Source of the DNA: Nitrospinales bacterium
Lineage (GTDB): Bacteria; Nitrospinota; Nitrospinia; Nitrospinales; VA-1
Direction of reading: 5' to 3'
Assembly: GCA_965223345.1 (NCBI GenBank)
Contig: CBDCWG010000007.1
Location: 93,426-157,425, forward strand
Length of the DNA: 64,000 bases
The translations under genes and the position numbers were made by a program. The notes beneath the pieces were generated by a model, which ran no database searches, was not told the origin of the DNA, and was given only the letters and a program-made list of their open reading frames with translations. Positions 53,858 through 64,000 of the stretch are shown here, one piece after another. Every line of letters begins with the position of its first letter. Within the stretch, counting starts at the first letter, position 1.

Positions 53858-54274
53858 ATGGAACAAACCCTGGCCATCATCAAACCGGATGCCGTCGAGC
53901 GCAACCTGATCGGCAAAATCACCGAACGCATCGAATCCAAAGGATTCAGAATCCTCGCCATGAAGCGCTGTCTGCTGTCCAAATCCGTGGCGGAGGGCTT
54001 TTATCACGTTCACAAGGAACGGCCCTTTTTCAACGACCTGACGACGTACATGAGTTCGGGACCTGTGGTATTGATGGTGCTGGGAAAAGAAAACGCCATT
54101 TCGGGCTGGCGGGAACTGATGGGGGCGACCAACCCCAAGGATGCGGCGGCGGGAACCATCCGCAAGGATTTCGCCATCGACATCGAGAAAAACTCCTCGC
54201 ACGGGTCCGACTCGGCTGAAAACGCGGCGTTCGAAATCCGCTACTTCTTCAGCCAGACCGAAATTCTGCCATGA
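53858..54274 (+). CDS. ndk: nucleoside diphosphate kinase
   Basis: [21 protein letters not shown]... Active-site NSSHGSDS motif. Confidence 0.9.
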   Translation: MEQTLAIIKPDAVERNLIGKITERIESKGFRILAMKRCLLSKSVAEGFYHVHKERPFFNDLTTYMSSGPVVLMVLGKENAISGWRELMGATNPKDAAAGTIRKDFAIDIEKNSSHGSDSAENAAFEIRYFFSQTEILP

Positions 54275-54801
54275 ACCGCATGCACCGAAAACCGCGCACG
54301 CTCGCACAGGCCCATCCCGCACGGGTCCCGGCCGATCTGTTTGTGTGGGCAGCGTTTCTCCTGCTGCTCTTTTGGGCCGGCGCGGCCGAACCGGCCAGGC
54401 CGGATACTCCCGATTATGAGCTGTTCAAAAACAGCGAAAATTACGGGATCGTGCTCTTTCCCAAAGAAAACATCTACCCGGGGCTTGCCGATTCGCTGAA
54501 ATCTCTGCTGTTCGAATCGGTGGAATCCGGAAAATCGGAGATGCGATTCGGCGTGAAGGAGGAGAACGAAACCTTCATGATGCCGTTCGCGGTGCAGAAA
54601 AAGCACCAGATCGAAAAATTTATTGTGATTCAAATCCTGGGCAAAGATAGAATGCTGGTAGGCGTGTACGATCCGGAATGGGGCCTCACCCTGCCCTCTT
54701 CGGTGTTCACGCTGGAACAGTTGAACCAGAATATCCCCAAGACCCTGAACGTGTTTCGGGGCGGCGCCAAGCGGCAGCCGATTCTCTGGCAGCCAAAGTG
54801 A
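54271..54801 (+). CDS. hypothetical exported protein (176 aa)
   Basis: Overlaps the ndk stop. Hydrophobic N-terminal segment. Confidence 0.4.
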   Translation: MNRMHRKPRTLAQAHPARVPADLFVWAAFLLLLFWAGAAEPARPDTPDYELFKNSENYGIVLFPKENIYPGLADSLKSLLFESVESGKSEMRFGVKEENETFMMPFAVQKKHQIEKFIVIQILGKDRMLVGVYDPEWGLTLPSSVFTLEQLNQNIPKTLNVFRGGAKRQPILWQPK

Positions 54802-54892
54802 AACACGCCGCCCAGCGCCCGCTGGTTTTACAGGGCGTCCGGATTGAGGGGCGTGTTTGTTAGAGTTGTGGTTTCTCGGAGGTGATCGAACC

Positions 54893-55084
54893 ATGCCTGT
54901 TTACGAGTATCAATGCGAAAAGTGCAAAAAGGAATTCGAGTATCTGCAGAAGGTCGATGACGAGCCGATCGCAAAATGCGAGGAGTGCGGCGGCGCGCTG
55001 CACAAGACGTTCGGCAAGATGACGTTTCATCTGTACGGACCGGGTTTTTACACCACGGACAACAAAAAGAAATACCTGAAGTGA
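54893..55084 (+). CDS. FmdB-family zinc-ribbon protein
   Basis: MPVYEYQCEKC...CEEC. Confidence 0.6.
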   Translation: MPVYEYQCEKCKKEFEYLQKVDDEPIAKCEECGGALHKTFGKMTFHLYGPGFYTTDNKKKYLK

Positions 55085-55169
55085 ACGGGGAAGCAGGCGG
55101 GCCTTCATTCCGTCTGCCCATCGCCCCACGGTCTCCTGTGTCACGACATTTTTTGAGCCCCGACTGCCC

Positions 55170-55595
55170 ATGATCTACATCACCCGGCGGCTGGACTTTT
55201 GCGCCAGTCACCGACTGTTCAATCCCGATTATTCCGATGAAAAGAACGCCGCGGTGTTCGGTTTGTGCAACAACCCGAACGGGCACGGGCACAATTACGT
55301 TCTGGAAGTGACTGTGCGCGGCGAAGTCGCGCCGGAGACCGGCATGGTGCTGGATCTGAAAGCGCTCAAGCAGATCATCAACGAAGAGATCGTCGAAAAG
55401 GTGGATCACAAGAACCTCAATGTCGATGTGGATTTCATGCGCGGCATCATCCCCACGGCGGAGAACATCGCGATCAAATTCTGGGAAATTCTCGAACCGA
55501 AAATCAAGTATGGAGAGCTGCACGAGTTGAAACTGTACGAATCCGAGCGAAACTTCGTGGTCTACAGAGGAGCCGCCAGTGAAAGAACTGATTGA
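55170..55595 (+). CDS. queD: 6-carboxy-5,6,7,8-tetrahydropterin synthase / 6-pyruvoyl-tetrahydropterin synthase family
   Basis: CASHRL...HGHNY zinc and catalytic motif. Confidence 0.8.
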   Translation: MIYITRRLDFCASHRLFNPDYSDEKNAAVFGLCNNPNGHGHNYVLEVTVRGEVAPETGMVLDLKALKQIINEEIVEKVDHKNLNVDVDFMRGIIPTAENIAIKFWEILEPKIKYGELHELKLYESERNFVVYRGAASERTD

Positions 55596-56136
55596 ACAAA
55601 TCCTGATGCAAATCGGAGAAGATCCCTCACGCGAAGGCCTGGTGAACACACCGGAGCGCGTTGAGAAGTCGCTCAAGTTTCTCACCAGCGGCTACTGGGT
55701 CAACATCGACGATCTGGTCAACGACGCACTGTATGCGGAAGACTACGATGAGATGGTGATCGTCAAGGACATCGACCTGTTCAGCCTCTGCGAGCACCAC
55801 ATGCTGCCCTTCTTCGGCAAATGCCACGTGGCCTACCTGCCCAAAGGCAAGATCATCGGGCTCAGCAAGGTTCCCCGCATCGTCGATGCGTTCAGCCGCC
55901 GGCTTCAGGTGCAGGAACGGCTGACCACCCAGGTCGCCGAATGTCTGGACCGCATCCTCAACCCCAAAGGCGTGGGTGTGGTCATCGAGGCGCTGCATCT
56001 TTGCATGTCCATGCGCGGGGTGGAAAAGCAGAGTTCCTACACCACCACCAGCTCGATGCTGGGCTCCTTCAAATCGGACGCCCGCACCCGCGGCGAGTTC
56101 CTCGACCTCATTCAGCCGCAGGGAACCCGGCGCTGA
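55579..56136 (+). CDS. folE: GTP cyclohydrolase I
   Basis: GTG start overlapping the queD end. Conserved CEHH motif. Confidence 0.9.
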   Translation: MKELIEQILMQIGEDPSREGLVNTPERVEKSLKFLTSGYWVNIDDLVNDALYAEDYDEMVIVKDIDLFSLCEHHMLPFFGKCHVAYLPKGKIIGLSKVPRIVDAFSRRLQVQERLTTQVAECLDRILNPKGVGVVIEALHLCMSMRGVEKQSSYTTTSSMLGSFKSDARTRGEFLDLIQPQGTRR

Positions 56137-56288
56137 CCCCTTGAGCCCGAACACCACAATTCCATTATTTTCAATGCCTTACCTGGCTCTGCCGGTGAAA
56201 GCGGGCCGCGATTTTCGGCGGCAGCCTTTTCCGCTGCGACAGCGGATGCCCGCTCCCCGGCAAACCCTTGTGGGCACGGATCTAACTT

Positions 56289-56315
56289 TTGCTTCCAGCC
56301 ACCCGTCTGTATAAT
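56289..56315 (+). promoter_or_regulatory. candidate promoter for phoH (TTGCTT-N15-TATAAT, TG-extended)
   Basis: Perfect TATAAT at 56310-56315, preceded by TG. Confidence 0.3.
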
Positions 56316-56338
56316 AGAACTGGAATGCACGAACCTTC

Positions 56339-57313
56339 ATGAAGGCCGACTTGGACACCATCAGCAAAGACATCACCCTCGACAACCACCGCCTGATCCC
56401 CGAAATCTTCGGGGTGCACGATCTCAATCTCAAACTGATCGAAAAAAAATTCGACGTGCGCATCACGACGCGCGGCAACGAGATCAAGGTCCACGGCGCT
56501 TCGCACGCGGTGGCCGCGGTCGAACGGCTGCTGTTGCAGCTTGAAAAACTGTTCGCGGGAAAAAATCCGCCGCAGAACGGCGACATCAAGTTCGCGATCC
56601 GGCTGGTGGCGGAGGACCCCAAGGCCGACCTGGTGTCCATCTTCACCGAACGCGTCGCGGTTTCGCCGTCGCGCGGATTCGTCACGCCCAAAGGGGCGGC
56701 TCAGCGGGACCTGATCCAGTCCGCCAAAAAGCGCGACATCATCATCGCCATCGGTCCCGCCGGCACCGGGAAGACCTACCTGACGGTCGCGCTCGCCGTG
56801 GAGGGGCTGCTCAAACGGAGATTCAAGAAGATCATGCTGGTGCGGCCGGCGGTGGAAGCGGGAGAAAAACTCGGTTTTCTGCCGGGCGACATCTCGGAAA
56901 AAATCCACCCGTATCTGCTGCCGCTCTACGATGCGCTGAACGACATGCTGGACGTCAACCAGGTGTGGCAGCTCATTGAGGACAACGTCATCGAGATCGC
57001 GCCTCTCGCCTACATGCGCGGGCGCACGCTCAACGACGCGTTCATCATTCTGGACGAAGCGCAGAACTGCACGCGCGAGCAGATGAAAATGTTTCTCACG
57101 CGGCTGGGCTTCAACTCCAAGATGGTGGTCACCGGAGACATCACGCAGGTCGATCTGCCGCGCCATCAGGATTCGGGGCTGATCGAAGTGGAAAAGCTGC
57201 TGCGCGATGTCGAGGGAATCCGTTTCATCTATTTTTCCGAGAAGGATGTGGTGCGCCACGACCTGGTGAAAAAAATCATCTCCGCTTATGAAAAAAACGG
57301 CAGCCAGCGCTGA
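56339..57313 (+). CDS. phoH: PhoH-family ATPase
   Basis: Walker A GPAGTGKT. Confidence 0.85.
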   Translation: MKADLDTISKDITLDNHRLIPEIFGVHDLNLKLIEKKFDVRITTRGNEIKVHGASHAVAAVERLLLQLEKLFAGKNPPQNGDIKFAIRLVAEDPKADLVSIFTERVAVSPSRGFVTPKGAAQRDLIQSAKKRDIIIAIGPAGTGKTYLTVALAVEGLLKRRFKKIMLVRPAVEAGEKLGFLPGDISEKIHPYLLPLYDALNDMLDVNQVWQLIEDNVIEIAPLAYMRGRTLNDAFIILDEAQNCTREQMKMFLTRLGFNSKMVVTGDITQVDLPRHQDSGLIEVEKLLRDVEGIRFIYFSEKDVVRHDLVKKIISAYEKNGSQR

Positions 57314-57393
57314 GCCCCTGAAACCCGCACACCCAAGCGGTTTGCCGTTCAACGCGCGTTTCACCCGCCGTTGACATCGCTCTCTTCCCGCAC

Positions 57394-57855
57394 ATGCAGA
57401 TCCTGCTGACCGACGAACAGACACTACATCCGGTGGACGGTGAGTTGCTGACCGAACGCCTGCGGACCGTGCTCGACGCTCTGCAAACCGGCGACAAGGA
57501 ACTCAGCATTCTGCTCACCGACGATGCGGCGATCCGCAAACTCAACCGGCAATACCGCGACCGCGACGCGGCCACCGACGTGCTCGCCTTTCCCCAGGAA
57601 GATGCGGACAATTTCAGTTCCCATTTGCTCGGGGACGTGGTAGTGTCTGTGGAAACAGCACAGCGGCAGGCGGCGGAACATCAACTGTCTTTGGAACAAG
57701 AGTTGATTCTGCTTTGCATCCACGGCCTGCTGCACCTTTTGGGTTTCGACCACGAGGTTTCGCCGGCGGAAGCGGAACGCATGCGGAAGCAAACCTGGGA
57801 GTTGTTCCAAATCATCTTTCCAGGCACCCAACCCTCCGAATCCTGCGATTACTGA
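57394..57855 (+). CDS. ybeY: rRNA maturation endoribonuclease YbeY
   Basis: HGLLHLLGFDHE zinc motif. Confidence 0.85.
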   Translation: MQILLTDEQTLHPVDGELLTERLRTVLDALQTGDKELSILLTDDAAIRKLNRQYRDRDAATDVLAFPQEDADNFSSHLLGDVVVSVETAQRQAAEHQLSLEQELILLCIHGLLHLLGFDHEVSPAEAERMRKQTWELFQIIFPGTQPSESCDY

Positions 57856-57894
57856 TTTTCCCGGCTGGTTCACAAACGGAGTGCGGCCTTCATC

Positions 57895-58383
57895 ATGGAA
57901 CAGATCTGGGCTCCCTGGCGAATGGAATACATCAATGCGGAAAAATCCGGCGAATGCATCTTCTGCACCCTGCCCGGCTCCGGCGACGACAACAAGCATT
58001 TCATCCTGCACCGGGGGCCGCATTGCTTTGTCATCATGAACATCTTCCCCTACAACACCGGCCACCTCATGGTGTCGCCGAACCGCCACCTGGACTGCAT
58101 CACCAAGCTCAACGACGACGAAACCGAGGAGCTCAACCGGCTCACCAAAAAATGCGTGGAGATCCTGAGAGCCGATAAAAACCCGGAAGGCTTCAACATC
58201 GGCATCAATGTCGGCAAGGCGGGCGGCGCGGGGTTCGACGAGCACCTGCATGTCCACATCGTGCCGCGCTGGATCGGGGACACCAACTACATGCCGGTCC
58301 TCGCCGACACGAAAGTCCACCCCGAGCACCTGCGGGCCACCTACGAAAAACTGAAACCGCATTTTCAAAAAATCTCTCAATAG
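57895..58383 (+). CDS. HIT-family hydrolase
   Basis: HLHVHIVPR histidine triad. Confidence 0.8.
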   Translation: MEQIWAPWRMEYINAEKSGECIFCTLPGSGDDNKHFILHRGPHCFVIMNIFPYNTGHLMVSPNRHLDCITKLNDDETEELNRLTKKCVEILRADKNPEGFNIGINVGKAGGAGFDEHLHVHIVPRWIGDTNYMPVLADTKVHPEHLRATYEKLKPHFQKISQ

Positions 58384-58399
58384 CCAGGTCGATGACTCG

Positions 58400-61072
58400 A
58401 TGAAGTCCGGCACCGCATCCCGGAGCCATCCGGAAGAAGACACGCCCATGATGCAGCAGTTCCACCGCATCAAACGGGAATGCTCCGACGCCATCCTGTT
58501 TTTCCGCATGGGGGATTTCTACGAGATGTTCCATGAGGACGCGAAGGAAGCCTCGCCCATCCTGGAAATCGCGCTGACTTCGCGCGGCAAGAACAAATCC
58601 CAGTCCATCCCCATGTGCGGGGTGCCGCACCATTCGGCGACCGCCTACATCTCCAAGCTGATCAAGGCCGGGAAGAAAGTCGCGATCTGCGAGCAGACGG
58701 AAGACCCCAAGCAGACCAAGGGGCTGGTGAAGCGGGAAATCGTCCGGGTGGTGACGCCGGGAACGGTGATCGACGACGCGCTGCTCGATCCGAAGGAACA
58801 CCATTTTCTCGTCTCGCTGTATTTCGGCAAGGACGGGCTGGGGCTGGCGGCGCTGGACGTCTCGACGGGGCTGTTCAAGGTCACCGAAATGCGCGGAGAC
58901 GCCGCGGCCGCGCAGCTTGCGGACGAGCTGGAAAAGCTCGAACCGCGGGAGGTGCTGACTCCCGAGACGCTGCCCGGCGACGATTTCCTTCCCAAGCACT
59001 GGAACCACAACGGCGGACCGTACCGGCACACACTGGAAGACTGGAAGTTTTCGCACGGGGAGGCGCGCCGCAAATTGCTGGAACATTTCAAAACCCATTC
59101 TCTGGAAGGCTTCGGCTGCGAATCGCTCGACTACGCGGTGTGCGCGGCGGGGGCGCTGATCCAGTATCTGGCGGAAACGCAGAAATCGACGCTCGAGCAC
59201 ATCCGTTCGATCACCTGCTTTCACATCCACGACCACATGCTGCTGGATCCCACCACCATCCAGAGTCTGGAGCTGGTGCGCTCCAGCGAGGGCAGCCGCA
59301 GGCATTCGCTGCTCGATCTATTGGACTGCTCGAAGACGCCGCTGGGCGCGCGCCGCATCAAGGAATGGATCCTCAAACCGCTGGTGAACGCGGCGGCCAT
59401 CGAGGAACGGCTGGAGAAGGTGCAGGCGCTCAAGGAAAACGTGCTGCTGCGCGGCGACCTGCGCGACCTGCTGTCCCGCGTGCACGACCTGGAGCGGCTG
59501 ACCGGACGCATCTCGCTGGCGGTTGGCAACGCGCGCGATCTGGTGGCGCTGAAAAATTCGCTCGAAACGTTCCCCAGGCTGCGGGCGCTGCTGGAAAACG
59601 CGGACGCAGACGCGCTCAAGCAGATCACCGAACACTGGGACGACCTCACCGATGTGTTCGATCTGATCGAAAACAACATCAACGACGAGCCGCCGCTCAA
59701 CCTCAAGGAGGGAAACATCCTGAAACCGGGCTGCGATGCGGAACTCGACCGGCTGCGCTCGATCCGCAAGGACGGCAAGCAATGGATCACGGCTCTGGAG
59801 ACCAAGGAAAAGGAACGCACGGGAATCCCGGCGCTCAAGGTGGGCTACAACAAGATCTACGGCTACTACCTGGAGGTGACGAAGAAACACCAGGACAAGG
59901 TGCCCGCCGAGTACATCCGCAAGCAGTCGCTGGTGAACGCGGAGCGCTTCGTGTCGCCCGAGTTGAAGGAATACGAAAGCGAGATCACGCAGGCGGAGGA
60001 AAAAATGGCGGCGCTGGAGCTGCGCCTGTTTCAGGAAATCCGCACGCGCGTCGCCGATGAAGGCGCGCGCATCCAGCACATGGCGCGCATCGTCGGCGAG
60101 ACCGACGCGGTGCTTGCGTTTGCGGAGACGGCGCACCGCAACAACTACTGCCGCCCCGCGATCGGCGAGGACACGGAACTCGTTCTGGAAAACGGCCGCC
60201 ATCCGCAGGTGGAGCAGATGGTGCCCGCCGACCAGTTCATCGCCAACGACGCGCACCTGGACACGAAGGACCGGCAGATCCTGATCCTCACCGGCCCGAA
60301 CATGGCGGGCAAATCGACCTATCTCCGGCAGGTGGCGCTCATCACCCTGATGGCGCAGATCGGCAGCTTCGTGCCGGCGGATTCGGCGCACATCGGCCTG
60401 GTGGACCGCATCTTCTCGCGCGTCGGCGCGCAGGATCACCTGCTCAAGGGCGAGTCCACGTTCATGGTCGAGATGAACGAGACCGCCAACATCCTGAACA
60501 ACGCCACCTTGAGAAGCCTGATCATCCTGGATGAAATCGGCCGCGGCACCAGCACCTTCGACGGCATCAGTATCGCCTGGTCGATCGTGGAATACCTGCA
60601 CCGGGAAAACCGCGCGCAGGGCGGCCCCAAGACGCTGTTCGCCACGCACTACCACGAACTGACCGAACTGGCGCTGGTGCTGGAGGGCGTGAGAAACGTG
60701 AACGTGCAGGTCAAGGAATGGAACGAGGAGATCATTTTTCTGCGCAAGATCGCTCCGGGCGGCGCGGACAAAAGCTACGGCATTCAGGTGGCGCGGCTGG
60801 CGGGTCTGCCGGACTGGGTGCTCAAGCGGGCGGTCGAGGTGCTGGACAATCTGGAAAAAAACGAATTCGACGCAGTGGGCCTGCCCAAAATCTCGCACAC
60901 CGACACCCTCGCCGCAAAACCCGAGACGGGGCAATTGACCCTGTTCAGCCCGGAGATCCATCCGCTGGTCCACAAATTCAAAAAAATCGACCCCGACGAA
61001 CTCACTCCCCGGCAGGCGCTGGACTTGCTGTACGCGCTGAAAGAGCTGGAAAAAGAAAACCGCGCCCCGTGA
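58400..61072 (+). CDS. mutS: DNA mismatch repair protein MutS
   Basis: MutS domains I-V with Walker A GPNMAGKST. True start may be MMQQF at about 58448. Confidence 0.9.
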   Translation: MKSGTASRSHPEEDTPMMQQFHRIKRECSDAILFFRMGDFYEMFHEDAKEASPILEIALTSRGKNKSQSIPMCGVPHHSATAYISKLIKAGKKVAICEQTEDPKQTKGLVKREIVRVVTPGTVIDDALLDPKEHHFLVSLYFGKDGLGLAALDVSTGLFKVTEMRGDAAAAQLADELEKLEPREVLTPETLPGDDFLPKHWNHNGGPYRHTLEDWKFSHGEARRKLLEHFKTHSLEGFGCESLDYAVCAAGALIQYLAETQKSTLEHIRSITCFHIHDHMLLDPTTIQSLELVRSSEGSRRHSLLDLLDCSKTPLGARRIKEWILKPLVNAAAIEERLEKVQALKENVLLRGDLRDLLSRVHDLERLTGRISLAVGNARDLVALKNSLETFPRLRALLENADADALKQITEHWDDLTDVFDLIENNINDEPPLNLKEGNILKPGCDAELDRLRSIRKDGKQWITALETKEKERTGIPALKVGYNKIYGYYLEVTKKHQDKVPAEYIRKQSLVNAERFVSPELKEYESEITQAEEKMAALELRLFQEIRTRVADEGARIQHMARIVGETDAVLAFAETAHRNNYCRPAIGEDTELVLENGRHPQVEQMVPADQFIANDAHLDTKDRQILILTGPNMAGKSTYLRQVALITLMAQIGSFVPADSAHIGLVDRIFSRVGAQDHLLKGESTFMVEMNETANILNNATLRSLIILDEIGRGTSTFDGISIAWSIVEYLHRENRAQGGPKTLFATHYHELTELALVLEGVRNVNVQVKEWNEEIIFLRKIAPGGADKSYGIQVARLAGLPDWVLKRAVEVLDNLEKNEFDAVGLPKISHTDTLAAKPETGQLTLFSPEIHPLVHKFKKIDPDELTPRQALDLLYALKELEKENRAP

Positions 61073-61475
61073 TTCTGATTACCGATTCTTTCACTGTTAA
61101 AAAAGCGCCTCGAGTTTGGAATGGCGATATTTCGTTCGCCGCAGCGAATCTGTTTGCCTTAACTTTTTCAATCACTTTTCATGCGGATCGTGAAGGTTTG
61201 CCGGCTTTTTCCCCAGTTTCGAACCGCTGCGCGCCACGGGAGCCGCAAGCCTAAGCCCCGTTTTTTAGAGGCTTTACATCCTCCACGAAATAAGGTATCT
61301 TAAAGGCACCCGGAAAAAGGCTTTTCCGCCTCCCGGGGGTCGGCTCATTTTCAGTACGATGTTTGAATTTGTGTGGAGGAGGTTGAACACCACGTATACC
61401 GAATTTGAGTTGAGGGTCCAAATGGACTTTAGTATTGAATAGTTAGGTTTTCAACCTGTTTACCGGAGGAGCGGC

Positions 61476-62177
61476 TTGGACCTTTCGACTATTCGCAATC
61501 GTGACATTGCGCCATTCAAAATAAGCGGTTTTGCCGCTGTGCTTTTCTATTGGGTCGTGTGCACCACGCCCGCTTTTGCAGACGCCCCCGCCATGGTCAA
61601 TCTGGGGGTGGACACGAAGGGCCGTTATGTGACGATGAGCGCCCGGCTGGTGGACGGATTCACCGGGAAAATCCTCGAAGCCATTGAAAGTGGGGTCCCC
61701 ATGACCTTCACGTTTCAGATCGAGCTGAGGAAGCAGACGCCCCTGTGGGCCGACGAGCTGGTGCGGTCCAACACCATCCACCACACGGTTCAGTACGATT
61801 CGCTGAAGAAAGCCTACCGGTTTTCAGAGGTCGGCAAGAATGTGAAGCGCAACATCATCACCCGCAAGAAAAGCCAGTACCGGCAGCTGATGACGACGTT
61901 GAAAAACATTCCCATCGCGCCGCTGTACCGGCTGGACCCCAACGAGGAGTATTATGTGCGGGTGAAAGCCGACCTGGAGATGGACCGGTTCTGGTTTCCC
62001 TTCAACTATTTATTTTTCTTTGTCCCCTTCAACGACTTTCAAACCCCGTGGACCGAAACGGCTTCCGTCACCGTGGTTTCGGATCCGGACGCTGCGGACG
62101 AGGCATTCAGCGAAAAATCCAGGGACGGCAAACCGTCCAAGGGGTTGAACCATGTCATCCGGTCTTTTAACAAATAA
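61476..62177 (+). CDS. DUF4390 domain protein
   Basis: 233 aa with N-terminal TM or signal segment. Immediately upstream of an NtrY-like kinase. Confidence 0.6.
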   Translation: MDLSTIRNRDIAPFKISGFAAVLFYWVVCTTPAFADAPAMVNLGVDTKGRYVTMSARLVDGFTGKILEAIESGVPMTFTFQIELRKQTPLWADELVRSNTIHHTVQYDSLKKAYRFSEVGKNVKRNIITRKKSQYRQLMTTLKNIPIAPLYRLDPNEEYYVRVKADLEMDRFWFPFNYLFFFVPFNDFQTPWTETASVTVVSDPDAADEAFSEKSRDGKPSKGLNHVIRSFNK

Positions 62178-64000
62178 GCCTCCGTACTCGCCCCCTTCCG
62201 AAGAACTCATACGCAGGAAAAAAAAGCGAACACAGAAAACCATCGCCACGATCCTCATCTCGCTGGTGGGGCTCACCTGGATCGAGAATCATTTTCTGCA
62301 ACAGGGGACCAGCGCCCCGATCGCCAACAACATCGCCGTCTTGGCGTTGTTCAACATCATCCTCATCCTGCTGTTTCTGCTGATCGTTCTCATCGCCCGC
62401 AATCTGGTCCAGCTTTACAACGAACGTAAAAGCAAAATCATCGGCTCGAAGTTCCAGACCAAGCTGATCATCGCGTTTCTGATCCTCGCGCTGGTGCCCT
62501 CGATCCTGCTGTTCACCACGGCGAGCAAGCTGTTCACCTACAGCATCGGCAACTGGTTCAGCCTGCAGGTCGAACAGACGCTGCAGCGCTCGATGGACGT
62601 GGCGCGCGATTATTATTCCTATCTGGAAAAGGGCGCGCTCTCCCGCGCCATCCGCATCGAGCGGTTCATCATCGACAACGAACTGTTTTTGCAGAAAAAC
62701 CGGGAAAAACTCCAGAAACTGGCCGAGGACAAGGTGAGCGAGTACGAACTGGGCGGGCTGGTGGTGTACGACAACAAGAAAGAAGTGGTGGTCTCCGTCT
62801 ACAACCCGCAGTTCATCAACCAGAGCAAGAACCTGAAATTCCAGGATCTGATCCAGAAAAGCGTCGGCGGCGAGCGGGTCTCCGAGATCCGCACGTCCAA
62901 CCGCGAGATCTTCCTGGTGGTGGTGGAACCGCTTACCGAATCGCATAAAACCGACCTGTCCGTGTGGGGTTACATTGTCACGCTGACGCACGTGCCGAAA
63001 AATTCGCTCGGCCGCATCGAGGCGATCCGCAGCACCTACGAGGATTACAAGCAGCAGAGCTTTCTCAAACTGCCGGTCAGCGCCAGCTACTACATCACCT
63101 TTCTGCTCATCACCCTGCTCATCCTGTTTTCGGCGATCTGGCTGGGGTTTTACATGGCGCGCGGCATCACCATCCCCATTCAGCAACTGGCGGAGGGGAC
63201 GCGGCGGATCGCCGAGGGGGACCTGAATTTCAAGATCGGCGTGCGGGCGCGCGATGAGATCGGCATCCTGGTCAATTCGTTCAACCAGATGACCGCGGAG
63301 CTCAACGAGAGCCGCCACAGCATCCAGCAGGCGCACGAAAACCTGAAAAACACCAACGTGGAGCTGGAACAGCGGCGCAAATACATCGAGACCATCCTGG
63401 AAAACATCGGCGCCGGCGTGGTGTCGGTGGACAAGCGCGGCCACATCACGACGTTCAACAAGGCCGCCGAGAAGATCCTCGGGCTCAAGGCCGCCGATGT
63501 GTTCGGCGCCAGCTACCGCGACGCGTTCACCCCGTCGCTGCACCGGCCGATCCGCGACATGATCCGCAAGATGAACGAAAAGGGCACCGGCGCGCTGGAG
63601 GAGCAGATCGAACTGCGGGTGGGGGAAACCCATCTCACGCTGCTCGCCAGCATTCAGGAGCTCAAGGACCAGAGCGGCAAATACCTGGGGCTGGTGATCG
63701 TGTTCGACGATCTGACGCAGATGATCAAGACCCAGAAAGTCGCCGCCTGGAAGGAAGTGGCGCAGGGGATCGCGCACGAAATCAAAAATCCGCTCACGCC
63801 GATTCAGCTCAACACGCAGCGGCTGCGCAAGAAATTTTACGAGGACAAAAAGGATTTCGACCGGGTGTTCGAGGAGAGCATTTCCATCATTTCCCAGGAA
63901 GTGGAAGGCATGAAGGAGCTTCTGAACGAGTTTCTGCGGTTCTCGCGCATGCCGACGGCGAACCCGCGGCCCAGCTCGCTGCACAAGATCATCGACGACG
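62152..64000 (+). CDS. NtrY-like sensor histidine kinase (N-terminal part, runs off window)
   Basis: Not in the ORF track because it has no stop within the window. Manual translation: MSSGLLTNKPPYSPPSEELIRRKKKRTQ..., TM helices, HAMP, PAS, and the HisKA H-box AHEIKNPLTPI. Confidence 0.8.
   Translation, partial: MSSGLLTNKPPYSPPSEELIRRKKKRTQKTIATILISLVGLTWIENHFLQQGTSAPIANNIAVLALFNIILILLFLLIVLIARNLVQLYNERKSKIIGSKFQTKLIIAFLILALVPSILLFTTASKLFTYSIGNWFSLQVEQTLQRSMDVARDYYSYLEKGALSRAIRIERFIIDNELFLQKNREKLQKLAEDKVSEYELGGLVVYDNKKEVVVSVYNPQFINQSKNLKFQDLIQKSVGGERVSEIRTSNREIFLVVVEPLTESHKTDLSVWGYIVTLTHVPKNSLGRIEAIRSTYEDYKQQSFLKLPVSASYYITFLLITLLILFSAIWLGFYMARGITIPIQQLAEGTRRIAEGDLNFKIGVRARDEIGILVNSFNQMTAELNESRHSIQQAHENLKNTNVELEQRRKYIETILENIGAGVVSVDKRGHITTFNKAAEKILGLKAADVFGASYRDAFTPSLHRPIRDMIRKMNEKGTGALEEQIELRVGETHLTLLASIQELKDQSGKYLGLVIVFDDLTQMIKTQKVAAWKEVAQGIAHEIKNPLTPIQLNTQRLRKKFYEDKKDFDRVFEESISIISQEVEGMKELLNEFLRFSRMPTANPRPSSLHKIIDD

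Noticed and set aside
51866-54322. 818-aa minus-strand ORF
   Set aside because: Antisense to the OFOR beta, gamma and delta subunit genes and ndk.
62167-63984. 605-aa minus-strand ORF
   Set aside because: Antisense to the NtrY-like kinase. The plus-strand frame has TM, HAMP, PAS and H-box features even though it is absent from the track.

Overview
High-GC (about 60-65% by eye) bacterial chromosomal segment, gene-dense on both strands. There are about 70 supportable genes.

Recognisable core blocks:
- birA
- Two tandem Slp lipoproteins
- A DnaJ-like chaperone
- A dppB / sulfite-oxidase / cytochrome c / dppC cluster
- A UbiD-family decarboxylase followed by uvrA
- A complete F1Fo ATP synthase operon on the minus strand (atpZ-B-E-F-H-A-G-D-C)
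- holB, a PSP1/RicT-like gene, and metG
- A TatD-radical-SAM fusion
- A stomatin / giant coiled-coil protein / HExxH-TPR / MoxR operon
- A umuD-umuC-SRAP cassette
- A DCC(DUF393) / small TM / HTTM trio
- fliD-fliS behind a sigma-28-type promoter
- sucCD plus a four-subunit 2-oxoacid:ferredoxin oxidoreductase and ndk (reductive-TCA-like set)
- FmdB-queD-folE, phoH-ybeY-HIT-mutS, and a DUF4390 / NtrY-like kinase pair at the right edge

No CRISPR array, rRNA, clear tRNA or integrase/transposase was seen.

Most unusual items:
- A four-gene SPFH / about 1100-aa coiled-coil membrane protein / secreted gluzincin-TPR / MoxR module
- Two very AT-rich single-gene islets, each inserted exactly between convergent gene ends
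- An atpD gene carrying two compensating homopolymer frameshifts
- An SRAP/YedK homolog whose catalytic Cys2 is replaced by Pro, inside a umuDC cassette
- SorAB-like genes nested between orphan dppB and dppC permease genes

All coordinates follow the supplied ORF track and include stop codons. Many long ORFs in the track are antisense GC-frame artefacts and were rejected.
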